Source of the DNA: Squalus acanthias
Lineage: Eukaryota
Direction: 5' to 3'
DNA length: 64,000 nt
NCBI GenBank assembly: GCA_030390025.1
Contig: CM059430.1
Location: 10,726,001-10,790,000 of the forward strand
Positions 37,678-50,893 of this stretch are shown piece by piece; positions within the stretch are counted from its first letter, which is position 1, and every line of letters begins with the position of its first letter. The notes beneath the pieces were generated by a model. That model saw nothing but the letters and a program-made list of their open reading frames with translations. It searched no databases and was not told the DNA's origin. The position numbers were made by a program, and so were the translations under genes.

Positions 37678-38094
37678 GTTTGAGTTCGGATCGGTCAAGG
37701 CCCTGTGGGTGGCGGAGCGGGCCCAGGGACCGAGTGGCCTGGTCCTTCTCCTGCTTCTTGTGTTCTTTAGAGTTGAGGTTGGATCAGATCAGCCATGATC
37801 TCATTGAATGGCGGAGCAGGCTCGAGGGGCCGATTGGTCTACTCCTGCTCCTATTTCTTATGTTCTTATGCTTAAAAGATGGCCATGAAAGCTGCTGGAT
37901 TGTGTAAAAAATCCAATTGATTCACTGGTGTTCTTCAGAGAAGAGAACCTGCTACCCTATCCCGGCTGGCCGACACGTGACGCTAGCCTGCATGGTTGAC
38001 CCTCAATGCTCTCTGAAGTGGCCCAGGAAGCCACTCAGTTGTACAAGCAATTACTTGAAGAGGAAGGCCCATCACCACCTCTTTAGGGCAATGA

Positions 38095-38214
38095 GCGATT
38101 TCTTACAGTACAACAGTGACTACACTTCAGAGGTACTTCATTGGCTGTGAAACACTTTGGGACGTCCTGAGGTCGTGAAAGGCGCTATATAAATGCAAGT
38201 CTTTCTTTTTTTTT
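38095..38214 (+). mobile_element. DeuSINE tail fragment
   Basis: CAACAGTGACTACACTTC...ATAAATGCAAGTCTTTC. Confidence 0.75.
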
Positions 38215-38636
38215 ATAAATGAGGCCGTGCCAGTGTTGACCACATTCTGAGAACAAATATAAAAGATGTAAGAAGTTGGAAGGCATGGTGGAGCTGGTTT
38301 GTTCATTGAGAGATGGTGCAAAACCACAACAGTAATTTAAGGTTTTTCTGTATCTGTGAGAAAGAGAACCAAGTGGAGGAGGTAGAAAGTCTAAATTATT
38401 CTAATTGTAAGAAATCACTGTTTAAATGTTGCTACATTTACACCTAGCTTGGAGTTGTGCACTCGTCTTTATCTTAACTTGTCCACGTTCTATCTGCTGT
38501 AAATGTTGAAAAAGTGGAAGTTGAGGCTGGCAGGATTAGGGCTAAAAGTCAGTAGATGGGAAGAATAAAATTGCCTAACTTAGATTACATTTGATTATAA
38601 TTAAGCTTGACTGAGAAGTGTTACAGAGAAGCCTGA

Positions 38637-39309
38637 GAAAGAAAGACTTGCATTTATGTAGCGCCTTTCACGACCTCAGGACGTCGCAAAGCACTTTACA
38701 GCCAATGAAGTACTTCTGAAGTGTAGCCACTGTTGTAATGTAGGAAACATGGCAGCTGGAGAACTCCCCTGCTCTTCTTTGACTAATGCCATGGGATATT
38801 TTGCGTCCACCTGAGAGGGCAGACGGGGCCTCGTATAACCCTTCATCCAAAAGGCAGCACCTCTGACAGTGTAGCACTCCCTCAGTACTAAGTCCCAAAG
38901 CGTTTTAGAGAGATTGAAGTACTTTTGAAGTGTAGTCACTGTTGTAATGTAGGAAACGCGGCAGCCAATTTGCGCACAGCAAGCTCCCACAAACAGCAAT
39001 GTGATCATGACCAGAAAATCTCTTTTTTAGTGATGTTGATTGAGGGATAAATATTGGCCAGGACACCGGGGATAACTCCCTTGCTCTTCTTCGAAGTAGT
39101 ACCACGGGATCTTTTACGTCCACCTGAGAGAGCAGACGGAGCCTCGGTTTAACGTCTCATCAAAAGACGGTATCTCTGACTGTGCAGCGCTCCCTCAGTG
39201 CTGCACTGGAGTGTCAGCCTAGATTTTGTGCTCAAGTCCTGGAGTGGAGCTTGAACCCACGACCTTCTGTCTCAGGCGAGAGTGCTACCCACTGAGCCAC
39301 AGCTGACAC
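38637..39309 (-). mobile_element. Two adjacent DeuSINE copies
   Basis: Deleted copy at 38637-38890 followed by a more complete copy at 38891-39309 that includes the head. Confidence 0.8.
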
Positions 39310-39399
39310 TAGAGAAATTGTTGCAGAGTTGCAGAAGTGTGTGACAACACAGGCTTTGTGCAAGACTTTTACTATACTCGGGACTGGCAGATCTTCCAT

Positions 39400-40110
39400 C
39401 CATGCAGAGGGATCTGAGTGTCCCAGTGCATGAATCACAAAAGGTTACTATGCAGGTACAGCAAGTAATTAGGAAAGCTAATAGAATGTTATCGTTTATT
39501 GCGAGGGGAATTGAATACAAAAGTAGGGAGGTTATGCTTCAGTTATACAGGGCATTGGTGAGACCACATCTGGAGTACTGTGTACAGTATTGGTCTCCTT
39601 ATTTAAGGAAGGATGTAAATGCGTTGGAGGCAGTTCAGAGAAGGTTTACTAGATTAATACCTGGAATGGGCGGGTGGTCTTATGAGGAAAGGTTGGACAG
39701 GCTAGGCTTGTATCCACTGGAATTTAGAAGAATAAGAGGTGACTTGATTGAAACATATAAGATCCTGAGGGGTCTGGACAGGTTGGATGTGGAGAGGATG
39801 TTTCCTCTTGTGGGAGAATCTAGAACTAGGGGTCACTGTTTAAAAATAAGGGGTCGCCCATTTAAGACAGAGATGAGGAGAAATTTTTTCTCACAGAGGG
39901 TCGTGAGTCTTTGGAACTCTCTTCCTCAGAGGGCGGTGGAAGCGGAGTCTTTGAATATTTTTAAGGCAGAGGTAGATAGATTCTTGGTAAGCAAGGGGGT
40001 GAAAGGTTATCGGGGGTAGGCGGAAATGTGGAGTAATCAGATCAGCCATGATCGTATTGAATGGCGGAGCAGGCTCGAAGGGCTGAGTGGCCTACTCCTG
40101 CTCCTAATTC
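39400..40110 (+). mobile_element. CR1 LINE 3' fragment (205-aa open ORF2 C-terminus)
   Basis: Highly similar to the C-terminus of the 35059-37677 protein. Confidence 0.9.
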
Positions 40111-40949
40111 GTATGTTCCTATGTTTGTATGACACTGTGCACATTAGTCAGAGGAAGCAATATTTTATAATGAGATATTTTATCCAGTGAGGAGCAATAT
40201 GTCCGGCAGCTCCACTTCATAAGGGAGAGTGTCAGAGCTAAATCGCCTGCAGCAACACCAATTACAGCTCTGCACCAGGTCAAACACATTTTATTGCCTG
40301 TGGCCCTGAAGGTGACTGTGGCCCTGAATTTCTACACCTCACATTCCAGGCTGCAACAGATAATATAAGCAACATTAGTCAACCTGCGGTGCTTTCCTGT
40401 CATGGTTATGCTCCTCACCAATCCAAAGAAACTCTGCACAACAAGAATTTGGTGCAAAGTGGTGATTTTATATTTGGAGTGAGTATTAACACCGCTGTGT
40501 CAGCCAATGGGTTGGAGGTGGGGCGGGTTTTACGGCGGGGCCTACAGCAAACAGCAAACAGCTCAATCAGGGGGAAATCCCTCTGGTTGGTCAGGCGAGG
40601 ATGGAGGCGGGACATTGACACAACAAGCAGCTCGTCTCCATTCACAAAATCCAGCCCAAAGTCTCTATAAGCACTACAGCAAACAGAACTCATGACCGAA
40701 ACTACAACAGAAACTCCCGATAAAAGCAAGATTATTTCTCCAGCAAAATGGAGTGAGTGGAGGATAGTTACACAATACAAATTATGTGCATAAAATCAAT
40801 CTCAGCCACTTACAGCAGTGCGGGCTCCAGGCATGATTGACGGGGGAATTATCCAATCATATCCATTCTGGCCGGGACTTGTGTTGTCATTATATGCAGC
40901 CTTTTGAATTACCATCAAACAAATTCAAAAACTAAAGGTCCCCATTGTG

Positions 40950-41400
40950 CAAACCCCTAGTGCCTGTCTTAGGTGCTGTCTCCAGTGGCTACCGCATGGG
41001 AGGGGGAAAGCCACTGTTCATCCACTGCGGGCACTTGAGATGGCCATGGTGGGTGACCTCGAGGAACTCTGGCCGGAGGGAGCCCGGGGCAGTCTGGCCC
41101 AGCTGACTTTCTGGCACCAAGACGGGCACTGGTTGAGGGTCTGGTGAGGAAGCAGACATGCCGTCACCAGGAGTGGACAGCATGTGCCTCTCCCATATGG
41201 CACTGCCACTCGCTGCACCTCTGCACTCCTGCTGCTCTGTGCACAAACAGCGTAGGTTTGGAAACCCATTCTGTGCTTTCCTTCACGTTTAGCAAACTGG
41301 AGGAGATGGTGGAAGCTAGAGCATGAATGGCAGCAGTTTGAGCTCCAGTGGGAGCTGTAAGAGTTGTCACCACAGGCTTCATTGCTCAGGGCCCTGTTGC
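40950..41400 (-). pseudogene. Possible decayed Harbinger Myb-partner C-terminal remnant
   Basis: Minus-strand GAGTGGCAGTG...TGCTG..C.CTC..GGTGACGGCAT resembles 23080-23140; QTAAIHALASTI resembles TQALTAAII. Confidence 0.35.
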
Positions 41401-41536
41401 AGTGTATATATGATTGTTTCACTCCACTATTTTGCCTGCAATGATTTGACTGCTGTTTTGCCTGCTTTAAGTCTTTCACTCCACTGTTTTGCCTGCTTTT
41501 ATTATTTGCCTATGCTGTTTTGCCTGCCATTATAGA

Positions 41537-41884
41537 ACCTAATAGAGGTTTTCAAGATGATGAGGGGTTTCGATAGAGTAGATAGAGAAAGGCTGTTCCC
41601 TCTGGGGAGTGGGTCAATAACCAGAGGTCATAGATTTAAAATCATTGGCAAAAGATGTAGAGGGGAACTGAGAAGAAATGTTTTCACTCGGAGAGTTGTC
41701 CGGGTCTGGAACGCTCTACCTGAAAAGGAGGTGGAAGCTGATACCATAAATAATTTTAAAAGGGAGTTGGACAGGTACACGAGAATGAGGAACTGACAGG
41801 GTGTGGGTCAAAGCACGACTGTTCTTTCAAAGAGCCAGCACAGGCACGACGGGCCATCCTTCTGTGCTATAAGTTTCTATGATT
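41537..41884 (+). mobile_element. CR1 LINE 3' fragment
   Basis: MMRGFDRVDRERLFPL...FTRRVVRVWNAL; TTCTATGA tail. Confidence 0.85.
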
Positions 41885-44179
41885 ATTTGTTGGTGTTCTT
41901 TTGCCTGCCTTTATTTAACTGCGTTGCTTTGTCTAGTATTAAATGACCGTGCTGTCTTGCCTGTGATTTTACCCAAATTTGTTTAAATATTATTTTCGTC
42001 TTGCATTTTACACACTGCCAGTTCAATTTTACAGCTATTCATTTTCTTTACAAAGGGGAGCAAACTGCTAAATATAATGTCAAAGTCTGGAAATCATAGT
42101 CTCGTTACAAAGCTCTGGAGGCCAGTCTGATGTTTTGTGGTTTACCTCACACTGTGTAAACTTAGTAGTAAATGGATAATAGAATAATGTCTTTCTCAGT
42201 AAAACTATGTTTTCCATTTTAAACCACACTGATGCTTTCCAGTTAAAGCAGTTTCATCCGTTGTAAATTATTCCTTTGGTATCCAAGCTTTTTGAGTCAT
42301 ATGGATGGATGTATTCCGCAGTGGTAAACTGGGCATATTGACAGCAGTGACAGGAAATGAAAACATGTCTTTTCACGAAAACGCCTGTCACCACAACTGG
42401 TTTAATGTCATTTATTTTACTTTTCACACACTATTGAATCTGTTGCATTTCCCCATTTGTGCCTTATCTATTATTTTATTGCGACCAAGTTGTGCTTTAT
42501 TTGCATCTTTATCTGTCATGGCCCAACCTCCTCTTGCTAACAAGGCCAGGTCAGACACCAACAGCGATTAATGTAAGTCTCTAAACTATTTGCTAAATCA
42601 GGTTTCAAGATTCTGTCATTACATGTGTCACTGTTTATTGAAATATTTTGATATTCTTGCAATGTCTGAAAATTCTGATCCATATGTTGTTTGCATAAGG
42701 TTTGCTTTGGTTAAAATCTTCTCTATAAGTCTGTTTTAACAACTATTGCTAACTGCTGTTATCAATACATCTAAAATAGTGTCACACCCTTGTAGTACTT
42801 GACATGTGTTCCAACAGAACTCACACTAAAAATATTTAACATCCTGATCATGCTCTCTTTCTTTTCCAATCAATAAAGGTTTATCCCAGACTGCTTATTC
42901 ATAATGTAAAGCCCAGAATCCCAGAATCATTCTTGCTGCTCCACTTTCAAATCTTTATAATGTATAAATGTTCTTTTAAAGTTGGGGCCCCAGAATTGTG
43001 CAAATACTTAAAATGTAGTCGTTGTTTCTTGCCAATGAGGTCTACAAGGTGGAAGTTCTCATTTTATGTATTTGTTTTCTTTTAAGAACTGATTGCCGTG
43101 TGTGTGTGTGAGAGAGGTGGATTAGTGATGGCGGATGCATCTGTTTTCCTTGGTACTATTAGCAGCTGATCAATGTAACATGGGGGTAGTGTAATCCCTG
43201 CTGGTGCAGGATCATTTATATCTGAACATCGGCAGTATGCAGGTAATTAGGAGTCTCTTCAGATTAGCAATATAGTCGGGTGCGGTTACATCGTTTTCTC
43301 TGCTACCTTTTTCACCCTTGATGGTCCTGCAGTCCAAACCTTGGACCTTCATCCAGGTTTCGCCATCAACGGTGTATTTCTTTGTGGTCCATATAGGTGG
43401 ATTCTAGGCTCCAAAGTCAAGAACTTTTGACCAGTGAAATGTAAAAAAAAGATAAAACCTTCAAAGATCTTATCCCTAGGAGACCGTGCAAAGGCCCTTA
43501 CTTCAATCAGAGCAAAAACTTAACCTTTGTCATTTTGTATTTAAACTGAAGCTTAGCCTTAGCATGGCATGAAGCCCAAATGCAAATCTCCTAGTTCTGC
43601 GGTCAAGAAAAATTCCGCTCAAGAGTCAAGTGATTATGGAGCCCCCAGCGCGTGAACTGAATCGAGGCGGCACTAAACACAAACATCCGCGCCATCTATA
43701 CTGGTACCAGGTGCCATTCTGGTACTACCTGCCCAGGATACCAGACAGATTAAGTATGAGCTAACCTGTAATATGCAGCCAGAATGTCCTGAGAAGAATT
43801 TCTTGTCGACTGTGCGCAAAACGCAATTTTTTATCATATTTTGCCATGAGTGTTTTTACAACACCAGATTTTTTTTGTTTGATTGCTCACTCAAGAAAGT
43901 TTTAAATTGTTAGCAGGTTTATACTATTGTATTTCCTTGTTTCCAGAATGAAGGGTAAATTTACCTCACGCTGAAGAAGATAACGAACCCAAATCAAAAT
44001 GGTAGATGTATGCCATTTTACTGACAAAGTCTCTGTGCATTCCAAATCTATTTGTGGTAACAAAAGTAAACCGGCCAATCACAAAATACCTCAATGAAGC
44101 TCCTTCATATATCTTAAACCAGCTAAATCGGCGCTTAATTGATAAAACTGTAGAAGGTTTGGTTCATCTTTTTATTGCT

Positions 44180-44442
44180 ATTGCCCCACCATTGGCGGCC
44201 GTGCCTTCAGCTGCCTAGGCCCTAAGCTCTGGAATTCCATCCCCAAACCTTTCCGCCTCTCTACCTCTCTCTGCTCCTTTAAGGACGTTCCTTAAAACCT
44301 ACCTCTTTGACCAAGCTTTTGGTCACTTGTCCTAATATCTCTTTATGTGACTCGGTATCAGATTTTGTTTGATAATCGCTCCTGTGAAGCACCTTGGGAC
44401 GTTTTACTGTGTTAAAGGTGCTACATAAATGCAAGTTGTTGT
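44180..44442 (+). mobile_element. L2 LINE 3' end
   Basis: GGRAFSCLGPKLWNS...LKTYLF and a tail shared with the DeuSINEs. Confidence 0.75.
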
Positions 44443-45395
44443 TTATTCGTTTTGGGGGATATGAGCGTCTCTAGCAAGGCCAGCAATTACTGTCCAAACC
44501 TAGTTGCCCTTGAGAAGGTGACGATGAGACGTTTTCTTGAACCGCTGCGTGTGATGACACTGCCCCCATATTGCTGTTAGGTCGGGAGTTCCAGAATTTT
44601 GACCCGGCGACCATGAAAAATCCATAAAACATTTCCAACACAGCAGAACAAAAATTCAAGAAAATCCTGATTTTACCTACATTGGCCAGTCCTACCAAAA
44701 AGTAAGCCTCAGCTCTTGAATATTTTCGGTAAAGTCTGTTCTCTACCAGGTCATGGCATGGCTCTTATCCATCTGCACTTCCCTCGTGCAATCAAAGTGC
44801 ATCCTGGCTTTCCAAATACAGCTGTCAGTATTTTATGAATTTTCAAGTATTTATTGTAAACAAGAATTATAGTAAAATTACATCCATATGCGGTTAAGCT
44901 GCTTTTATTTACATAGTACCTGTCTCAGAAGGTTTAAAATATTTACTTACAATACATGACATTGATTGACAGATTGGAAGCTACAATGAAGTGTTTATAC
45001 ACTATAATGCATTGTTTTTCATATGAAGTAACATTCTTAATTCAATGACTCAACTTTCCACAATTAAATCCTAGCTACTGTCTGTCAGGTTGAAAATTGA
45101 AGTATGTTAATAAATAAAGTCAAAAAATAATTTTTAGTGTAGTTAATCTCTTTTGGGATGTCCTGAGATCATGAGAGGCACTATATAAATGCAAGTTAAT
45201 CCGTCTTTCTTTCTCAAACATCCCTCCAGATCAACCATGATCTTATTGAATGGTGGAGCAGGCTCGAGGGACCAAATGGCCGACTCCTGCTCCTGCTCTT
45301 ATGTTCAAATCTTATCAGCTGGCATAGTTTTTCTCATCCACCTCTTGCTTATAAAACAGTACCTTGTGTCACGCAAGATCCACAAGCGTGTGGAT

Positions 45396-45549
45396 CAACT
45401 TTCCCGCTAAGCTGCGGGGTCTGGAGGTCCCGCGCAGGCTGCTCACCGGCTTTTCAATGGAAGAAACCGCGCATGCGTGAAGGTTTGAATGGATCACGCA
45501 GTCAGTTAAAGGGACCGTGCACGAAAAAATAAAATTCGAGGGAACATTG
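45396..45549. mobile_element. hAT-type MITE with 8-bp TSD
   Basis: TIRs CAACTTTCCC / GGGAACATTG; TSD GTGTGGAT at 45388-45395 and 45550-45557. Confidence 0.85.
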
Positions 45550-46461
45550 GTGTGGATATGCATTTGAATGACTAATTTATTCAGTTAATTCAAATGCTTG
45601 CAATTTGATTTTGGGGTTCGTTTCCGAAAACATTTCTCAGATGGGAGCTAGGCAAAAAGTCGGTTACCACTTTCTACCAGTCTTGCTCACCTCCTTATTC
45701 GCGTGTATTTTCTCGTAAAAAAAAAAGTAAACCATAGAGGAAAATTTAGCACATAGGTCGCCAGTGTATGTTGAATTATTAAGAGAAACAGCATTCAGTT
45801 CAGGTCTTCTAGATTCATGCAGAGCATGGCCTTATATGGGGAGGATTATGAAGGTAGCTTATTTGGAGCTTTCCCTATTTACACAGTGTTATGGGCGGAT
45901 GGGAGAAACAGACTTTACATTGATTCACTGGGAGAGTGAATAGAATTGATGCTCATGCTGTAGCTCTTGCCATAACATTGATATTCTTTTGGTTTTCAAC
46001 TGCACAGTATAGTTCAAAGAGAACTCCAGTTAGCCCCTTCAACAGCCCAGTTTGAAGCTGGGCCTTGCAGATGTGAAAGGTCCCAGGTTCAATCCACAGG
46101 TTTCAGCCAGGGTGGCAACAAGGCTACATTGATTGGCTCCTGTAACCCTGGGCCAGGAATTGGGCTCAGTTCTGATGCCTATCCCGTCAAACAGCCAACT
46201 GACATTCACACTGTAGACTCACATATGAAGAATGACCATTTGATTGTGGTACTGGAAGGCAACTGTTGCCTGTAGAATCATACCACAGCATGATTTAGTA
46301 TCTTCAGGAAAGAAAGGGGAGAGCATTAGAGAGTGGTAGTGAAAGAAGGGAGACTCCAAGTCTTCATTGATATGGAACCAACTGCAGGTCCAATTTGAAA
46401 CAAATCGCCTCCGTTTGCAGTGATGAATTAGGAACTCAAGCTGATACCAAATTCTAAATTA

Positions 46462-46642
46462 GGGCCTGAATTTCCTCAATTCGATTTACGGCAAAATTAC
46501 GCCAAAGGTTTATGTCAATTTCTATGCCAATCTTTCTCGCGGCAGTTTATGCTGAAATTTCCTGAGAATCTCATTAACATACACCTGAACGTAAAAAAAA
46601 CAGCTTAAAACGAGCGGAAATCAGCATAAACAATCAGGGCCC
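46462..46642. mobile_element. Small Harbinger-type MITE
   Basis: GGGCCTGAATT / AATCAGGGCCC termini. Confidence 0.5.
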
Positions 46643-46802
46643 GAGGAGCACACAGAACATTCGCTATTTTCCTTCTTTAAGTCCGTCTTTATTTTAGTGA
46701 TTTTATGAAAATTCAACTTTGAAGCCATCAAACCATCATTTATGCGCATTAAGCACCGCATGTTTAAGAAAATGCAATGGTGGAAGCTTTTCTCTTTTTA
46801 TT

Positions 46803-47528
46803 GGGCCAGATATTCCGATGCCTATGGGTGGGTACGCGCTGTGTACACACCCGTAGGGACATCGGAAATGCCGGTTTCAGGCATGCACAGCGCATTTCCG
46901 ATCTGTCAAGAATGCTCTTGACAGATCGGACGCCTGCCCTGGAGAAGGGCCTCTGCGGGCGGATAGTGCCGCTTTCTGGAGACCCTCCACCCACAGAAAA
47001 CCCTTAGAATTCTTGCGCCTGGTAAAAGCGTAAGGCCTGCTTTTACCAGGATAAAAGTTGAAAAAAAGTTTTAAAACATTTTTTCACTCATTTATCATTT
47101 AAAAATACTTTAAAAAAAGGTAAGTTTATTTTTAGCCCCGTAAAAAACTTTCATTATTTTTTTCAAAAAATTAAATTTTTGTTTAAAATATTTAATTTAT
47201 TGTAGTTTCAACTCATTTTAAAAATGTGATTTTTTAAAAAATTTATTTAATGTTTTAAAGTGTTTTTGGGGTGATCTCCATTCATATATTTGACAGGTCT
47301 ATCTGTCAAGTGTATGAAGGGAGACTCCCTTCTTTGATTGGCTCCCCATGGCGCACGTGATCCTAGGGACACATGCGCCTCTGGGATACGTGGGCCCTGC
47401 GCACTTTGAGTTCGAGAGGCCCAGGATCGGAACTACACGCACCTCGGGAGCCCTCAGGTAAGTGCGTAGATTTTTTCCAGATCGGAGGCCTCCGCACGCG
47501 GGAAGCCTCCGATCGGAAAATACGGCCC
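46803..47528. mobile_element. Harbinger-type MITE (uninterrupted paralog of 1616-2524)
   Basis: TIRs GGGCCAGATATTCCGAT / ATCGGAAAATACGGCCC; flanks ATT/AAT. Confidence 0.85.
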
Positions 47529-47810
47529 AATGTAACAGATTATAATGTCATAAAAAAGTATCTAGAAAATACAGCACAGGTCTCCTTTAGAAGAAGTATT
47601 TTAAAATTGCTAACACACCAGAAATAGTGACGTTGGGTCCTGCTATACCTAAAATGTTGGTGTAGATTTACACCCATTCAGAAATGGTGTAAATATAGGA
47701 AACTACCGTTCCCTCTGGTCTTTTGCGTGGGGGGTGAAGCTATGTTAATAATTAAATGGAGTTTAGGTGGACATAATTCTGGAGTGGTCCAAACCAGCGT
47801 ACATCACTTA

Positions 47811-47906
47811 GGTTTGAATTTCCTGGGAAAGACCCGATTGTTTACACTGGTGCAATGCGGCTCTTATGCCACTGTTGCACCGAAAATTGCGAGGAAATTT
47901 CGGGCC
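47811..47906. mobile_element. Tiny Harbinger-type MITE
   Basis: GGTTTGAATTTCC / GGAAATTTCGGGCC; flanks TTA/TTG. Confidence 0.45.
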
Positions 47907-48463
47907 TTGGTGTTTACTGAGTCCATCTCATATCGAACAAATTCATTCCCTCCAGATTGAGAGGCTCCTTGTAAATAGGATTCATACTGCTCAATAATTA
48001 TCGATGGGTGACATGATACACGGTATATATATGGATTAAAAAATACATTTATTTCAATTTTTCCAAAAAAATAAGCTTTGCATTACAGTCTGCTGAAGTG
48101 CTTCGCTCAGAGAGCTTGATTTTCTTCCTGAAAGCTGGCAGCCCACAAGCATATTTCGCATTACATGATGGTAGCTGTAAAATGGTATGTGTGGTTTATG
48201 CCTGTTATGCCCACCCATGGATACACTGTATTATTAAAGAACTTTACAGAATCATCATGGTTAACTACTGTATGTGCAGCGCTCTCCAAGGAACATAAAG
48301 TCTAAAGCAGAAAATAATAGGCTATCAAATTGTTTCTTTCACCCAGATGTCTACCCTCTCAAAATTGCTGACAATGCCAGCTGAAAATTGGTTTTAATCT
48401 CCTGTCGGTAAAATATAGAATACAAGCCTTTCGGCTTCTTTCTGCCTAGAATTTCTTCTAGGG

Positions 48464-48780
48464 GTCTAGAACGAGGGGATCACAGTCTCAGGATACGAGG
48501 TAGGACATTTAGGACTGAGATGAGGAGAAATCTCTTCACTCAGAAGGTGGTGAACCTGTGGAATTCTCTACCACAGAAGGCTGTGGAGGCCAAGTCACTG
48601 AATATATTTAAGAAGGAGATAGATAGATTTCTAGACACAAAAGGCATAAAGGGGTATGGGGAGAGAGCGGGAATATGGTATTGAGATAGAGGATCAGCCA
48701 TGATCATATTGAATGGAGGAGCAGGCTCGAAGGGCCGAATGGCCGACTCCTGCTCCTATTTTTTTTTCGATGTTTCTTAT
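48464..48780 (+). mobile_element. CR1 LINE 3' end
   Basis: SRTRG.HSLRIRG..FRTEMRRN text and CR1 3' UTR. Confidence 0.85.
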
Positions 48781-50523
48781 CTTCTAATCTCAATCGGGAT
48801 GACAGTAGAGGTGCAACAATTAGCCTCAATGTCCCTGGGTAGGGATGGCTGCAGGGAGGAAGGGAGGGAGGCTGGTGGGAGGGTGAGGGCGGCTGGAAGT
48901 GACATGCAGGGTTTTTTGCTCCTGATTGCTAAGGGGTGTCCTGCTAATGGGAAGCATGGATGTTGGATGAGGGGAGTGTTGGGGCTTGGCTGTGACACCC
49001 TTCAAGATGGAACAGCCTGTCAACATTCGTTGTCTGGGTGCACCCACATGGATTGCCCATCTGGTTGAGGTACCTGAATGTTCGTGGCACCTGTGGAACT
49101 GTACCCAACAGGAGTCGGCTCCTTCAGTAAAGGAGAGGAGAAAACTTGGGGAAAATGAGCTTGCGGGCTATTGTAAAAAAAATGTGAAATAAATATTAAG
49201 AGCCGATTTTCCAAATTCAAAATTCATGGATGGAAAATGGTGCGAAATGTACCCATGATTTCTCAATCCATGCTGTCGGCAAGGCTCCACACTGGGAGTG
49301 CCAACTTAGGAAATTGCGCATATAATGGCTGCAGTTGTTTGAAATTTTGCTGGTATTCGATAGATTGATTTGCTATATACAGAAGCACCTCACTTTCTTA
49401 ACAGGAGGCCTGTAGGTTTACATTCATTTTTTGCTAACTTTTATTTACAAAGCTGATGTTTTGGACTAACAAACGGCATGCATATTCAACTGTCGTCTGG
49501 CAAACAGTGTTAAGTAGATTATGGAATGCTTAATAGTAGCCAAGCTTATTCATGTGCAATATGAGGGCCACTTCAGACTAATTGGTCCTCATTCTGGGAG
49601 ACTGACATATGGCTTAGAGTATCATGTAAGCATGTGAACTGGTATGTAAATAAGGGAGCAGAACTGAGAGTACCAAAAATCCAGCCAGCATCTGTTTTAT
49701 TTAGAACATTCTGTACTTCTTCAAAAGCTTATGGCTCCTATCTTTCCCAATTGGTTTCAGACAACAAAAGTTGCATAGCCACTCTTCTGAACAGTACGTT
49801 CCACTTGAATGCCAGTTTGCTCCATGTACAGATTTTCCCATATTCATATCAATGCAAGTAAATCACACAAACAATCTCCTTTTATAAGCAAACTTTGCTC
49901 GTTTAGTATCATTGCTCAGGCAACGATGGAAAGAAGCTGAGAGTCTGTGAGATCTCCAACTACTGCCACTTTTATGTTACTCTATTAAGCTTTGTGGTTT
50001 CCTCCACTTAAAACTATGTGGTTTATGGAATGTTTGATATAGTAGAAGTACAATATGGTGAAGCTGATTGTGCTCGGAGTTCATCCTGTTATATTTCAGG
50101 GTGGGTCCAGAACACGTGTGAACAGTGAAATAACTGCATGTGTGCAAGATTACAGACACCCTGTTGCTCAAAAACCATGATTGCAGCTTTAAGGCAATTA
50201 TGCATGTGCAGTCTTGTGCTTCCACAGTTGTTTAAAGCCAATTCTACGAATTTAAATTTCTGGCTCTAGCTGTTCCCCATCATCTTTGAAAGGCCCGTTC
50301 TGGCCAGCAGTGTAAAAACCATGTTGCTTGTTGGTGCAGGTGAACTGAGAGCTCAGTCCACCAATAGGAAAAACACAACAGCAGACAGCAATACCATTGG
50401 AGGCTTTTTGGAAATCAACCTCATTTATTTATTCTCTCTCTTTTATTGGTGGAACATTAATTGGCTTATTCTCCAGTGATACTTTGGGGGAAACTTAGGA
50501 ACAGGAAAAGGCCACTTGGCCAA

Positions 50524-50890
50524 CACATAGAATGATAGAATCTTACAGCACAGAAGGAGGCCATTAGGCCCGTCGTGCCTGTGCCGGCTCTTTGATAGAG
50601 CTGTCCAATTTAGTCCCACATCCCAGCTTTTTCCCCATAACCCTGCAAATAACTCTGCTTCAAGTACATGTCCATTTCCTTTTAAAAGTTCCTGTGGAAT
50701 CTGATGCCACTACCCTTTCAGATAGTGCGTTCCAGATCTTAACAACCCTCTGTGTGAAGACATCTCTCCTCATTTCCTTTCTAGTTTTTTTTCCAATTAT
50801 TTTAAATCTATGACCTCTCGTTACCGGCTCACTTGCCAGAGGAAATAATTCCTCCCTACTTGGTCTATCAAAACCCCTCATCATTTTGAA
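50524..50890 (-). mobile_element. CR1 LINE 3' fragment
   Basis: ORF 50660-50884 MMRGFDRP...FTQRVVKIWNAL. Confidence 0.85.
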
Positions 50891-50893
50891 CTA

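Larger units (their letters stand above)
34557..37870 (+). mobile_element. CR1 LINE, truncated within ORF1, with complete ORF2 and 3' UTR
   Basis: ORF1 stub, APE+RT ORF2 and TTCTTATG tail. Confidence 0.95.

Noticed and set aside
40350-40780. Possible host exon (ORFs 40389-40670 + and 40415-40780 -; GTGAGT near 40478)
   Set aside because: No recognisable protein motif and no partner exons; part looks like decayed MITE sequence. It cannot be supported without RNA data.
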